The translations under genes and the position numbers were made by a program. Under the pieces are notes generated by a model. That model searched no databases. It was not told the origin of the DNA and saw only the letters and a list, made by a program, of their open reading frames with translations. Of a stretch of 64,000 nt of DNA, positions 63,592 to 64,000 are shown piece after piece. The stretch's first letter is position 1. Every line of letters begins with the position of its first letter. The stretch covers positions 1,280,001 to 1,344,000 of the forward strand of contig OY729416.1 in assembly GCA_963422265.1 (NCBI GenBank), written 5' to 3'. The DNA is from Thermodesulfobacteriota bacterium (lineage in GTDB: Bacteria > Desulfobacterota_D > UBA1144 > Nemesobacterales > UBA2774).

Positions 63592-63702
63592 TTGTCAACC
63601 ACCACAAGAAGTTGTAGAAGTCCGCTTATTCCCCTATGTTTTTTACAGGTGTTATATTCACGGAGACCCGACAGTCCGGGTTCTTCGTGTGGTAGTTGAC
63701 AA
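63592..63702. repeat. About 110-bp element bounded by 20-bp imperfect inverted repeats (MITE-like)
   Basis: TTGTCAACCACCACAAGAAG versus the reverse complement of the other end TTGTCAACTACCACACGAAG (18/20 identical). Confidence 0.6.
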
Positions 63703-64000
63703 TTGCGACGATACCAGAATTGTATGACATTGTCAACTGCTTGACTTTTTCTTGCTGAGGTTATAAGCAAGAACTTCATCTGTTGGGAGTCGGTTCTCGT
63801 CCCTGCCGCCTGACAGGAGTATTCTCCTCGGGAAAACAGATAAATTTCAATTTTGAGATAGGCTCTAGTAGTTTATACAGGGAATAGATCGTTCAGACTA
63901 TATATATTCAAGCCACTCTGAATACTGTTCGCTCTTGCCCCGAACTATCTCAAAAAAGGTTGATTGGATATCTCTTGTTACTTCTCCGGGATTACCCGAA

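Noticed and set aside
63683-63702. GTCAACTACC resembling the 5' end of HEARO/omega-RNA elements
   Set aside because: The following GC-rich hairpin and any IscB/TnpB ORF are absent; better explained as one arm of the inverted repeat
63543-63779. 78-aa ORF upstream of the lipoprotein gene
   Set aside because: Spans the inverted-repeat element and putative promoter; no recognisable domain
55603-64000. CRISPR array near the csm operon
   Set aside because: No regularly spaced direct repeats in any intergenic segment

Overview
Bacterial chromosomal window, moderately AT-rich. Gene content is reminiscent of Dadabacteria/Desulfobacterota-related lineages, which is inference only. The backbone is housekeeping: gcvP, recJ, aroQ, murJ, polA, uvrC/uvrB, lsrF, bioF/bioA/bioB, gltD/gltB, nadE, thiI, tRNA-Leu(CAG), a sigma-70 factor, a fused acetyl-CoA carboxyltransferase and an IscA-type protein. 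Three accessory blocks stand out. (1) 39.5-46.6 kb: a GC-rich two-gene cassette. A 1404-aa DUF1998 SF2 helicase is translationally coupled to a 930-aa protein that ends in an Ig-like domain followed by a domain closely resembling archaeal/eukaryotic ribosomal protein eL13 (L13e). This is the best candidate for an undescribed, probably anti-phage, system. (2) 18.4-25.7 kb: a catabolic cluster (two acetoacetate-decarboxylase-like genes, two thiolases, DUF35, MaoC, an AmiS/UreI channel) with extreme, promoter-bounded depletion of C on the coding strand. (3) 55.7-62.9 kb: an AT-rich type III-A CRISPR interference operon (cas10-csm2-csm3-csm4-csm5 plus a CARF-HEPN gene) with no array, cas6 or cas1/2 in the window. 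bioB appears to start at a non-canonical ATT codon. All assignments come from motifs recognised by eye; no searches were run.
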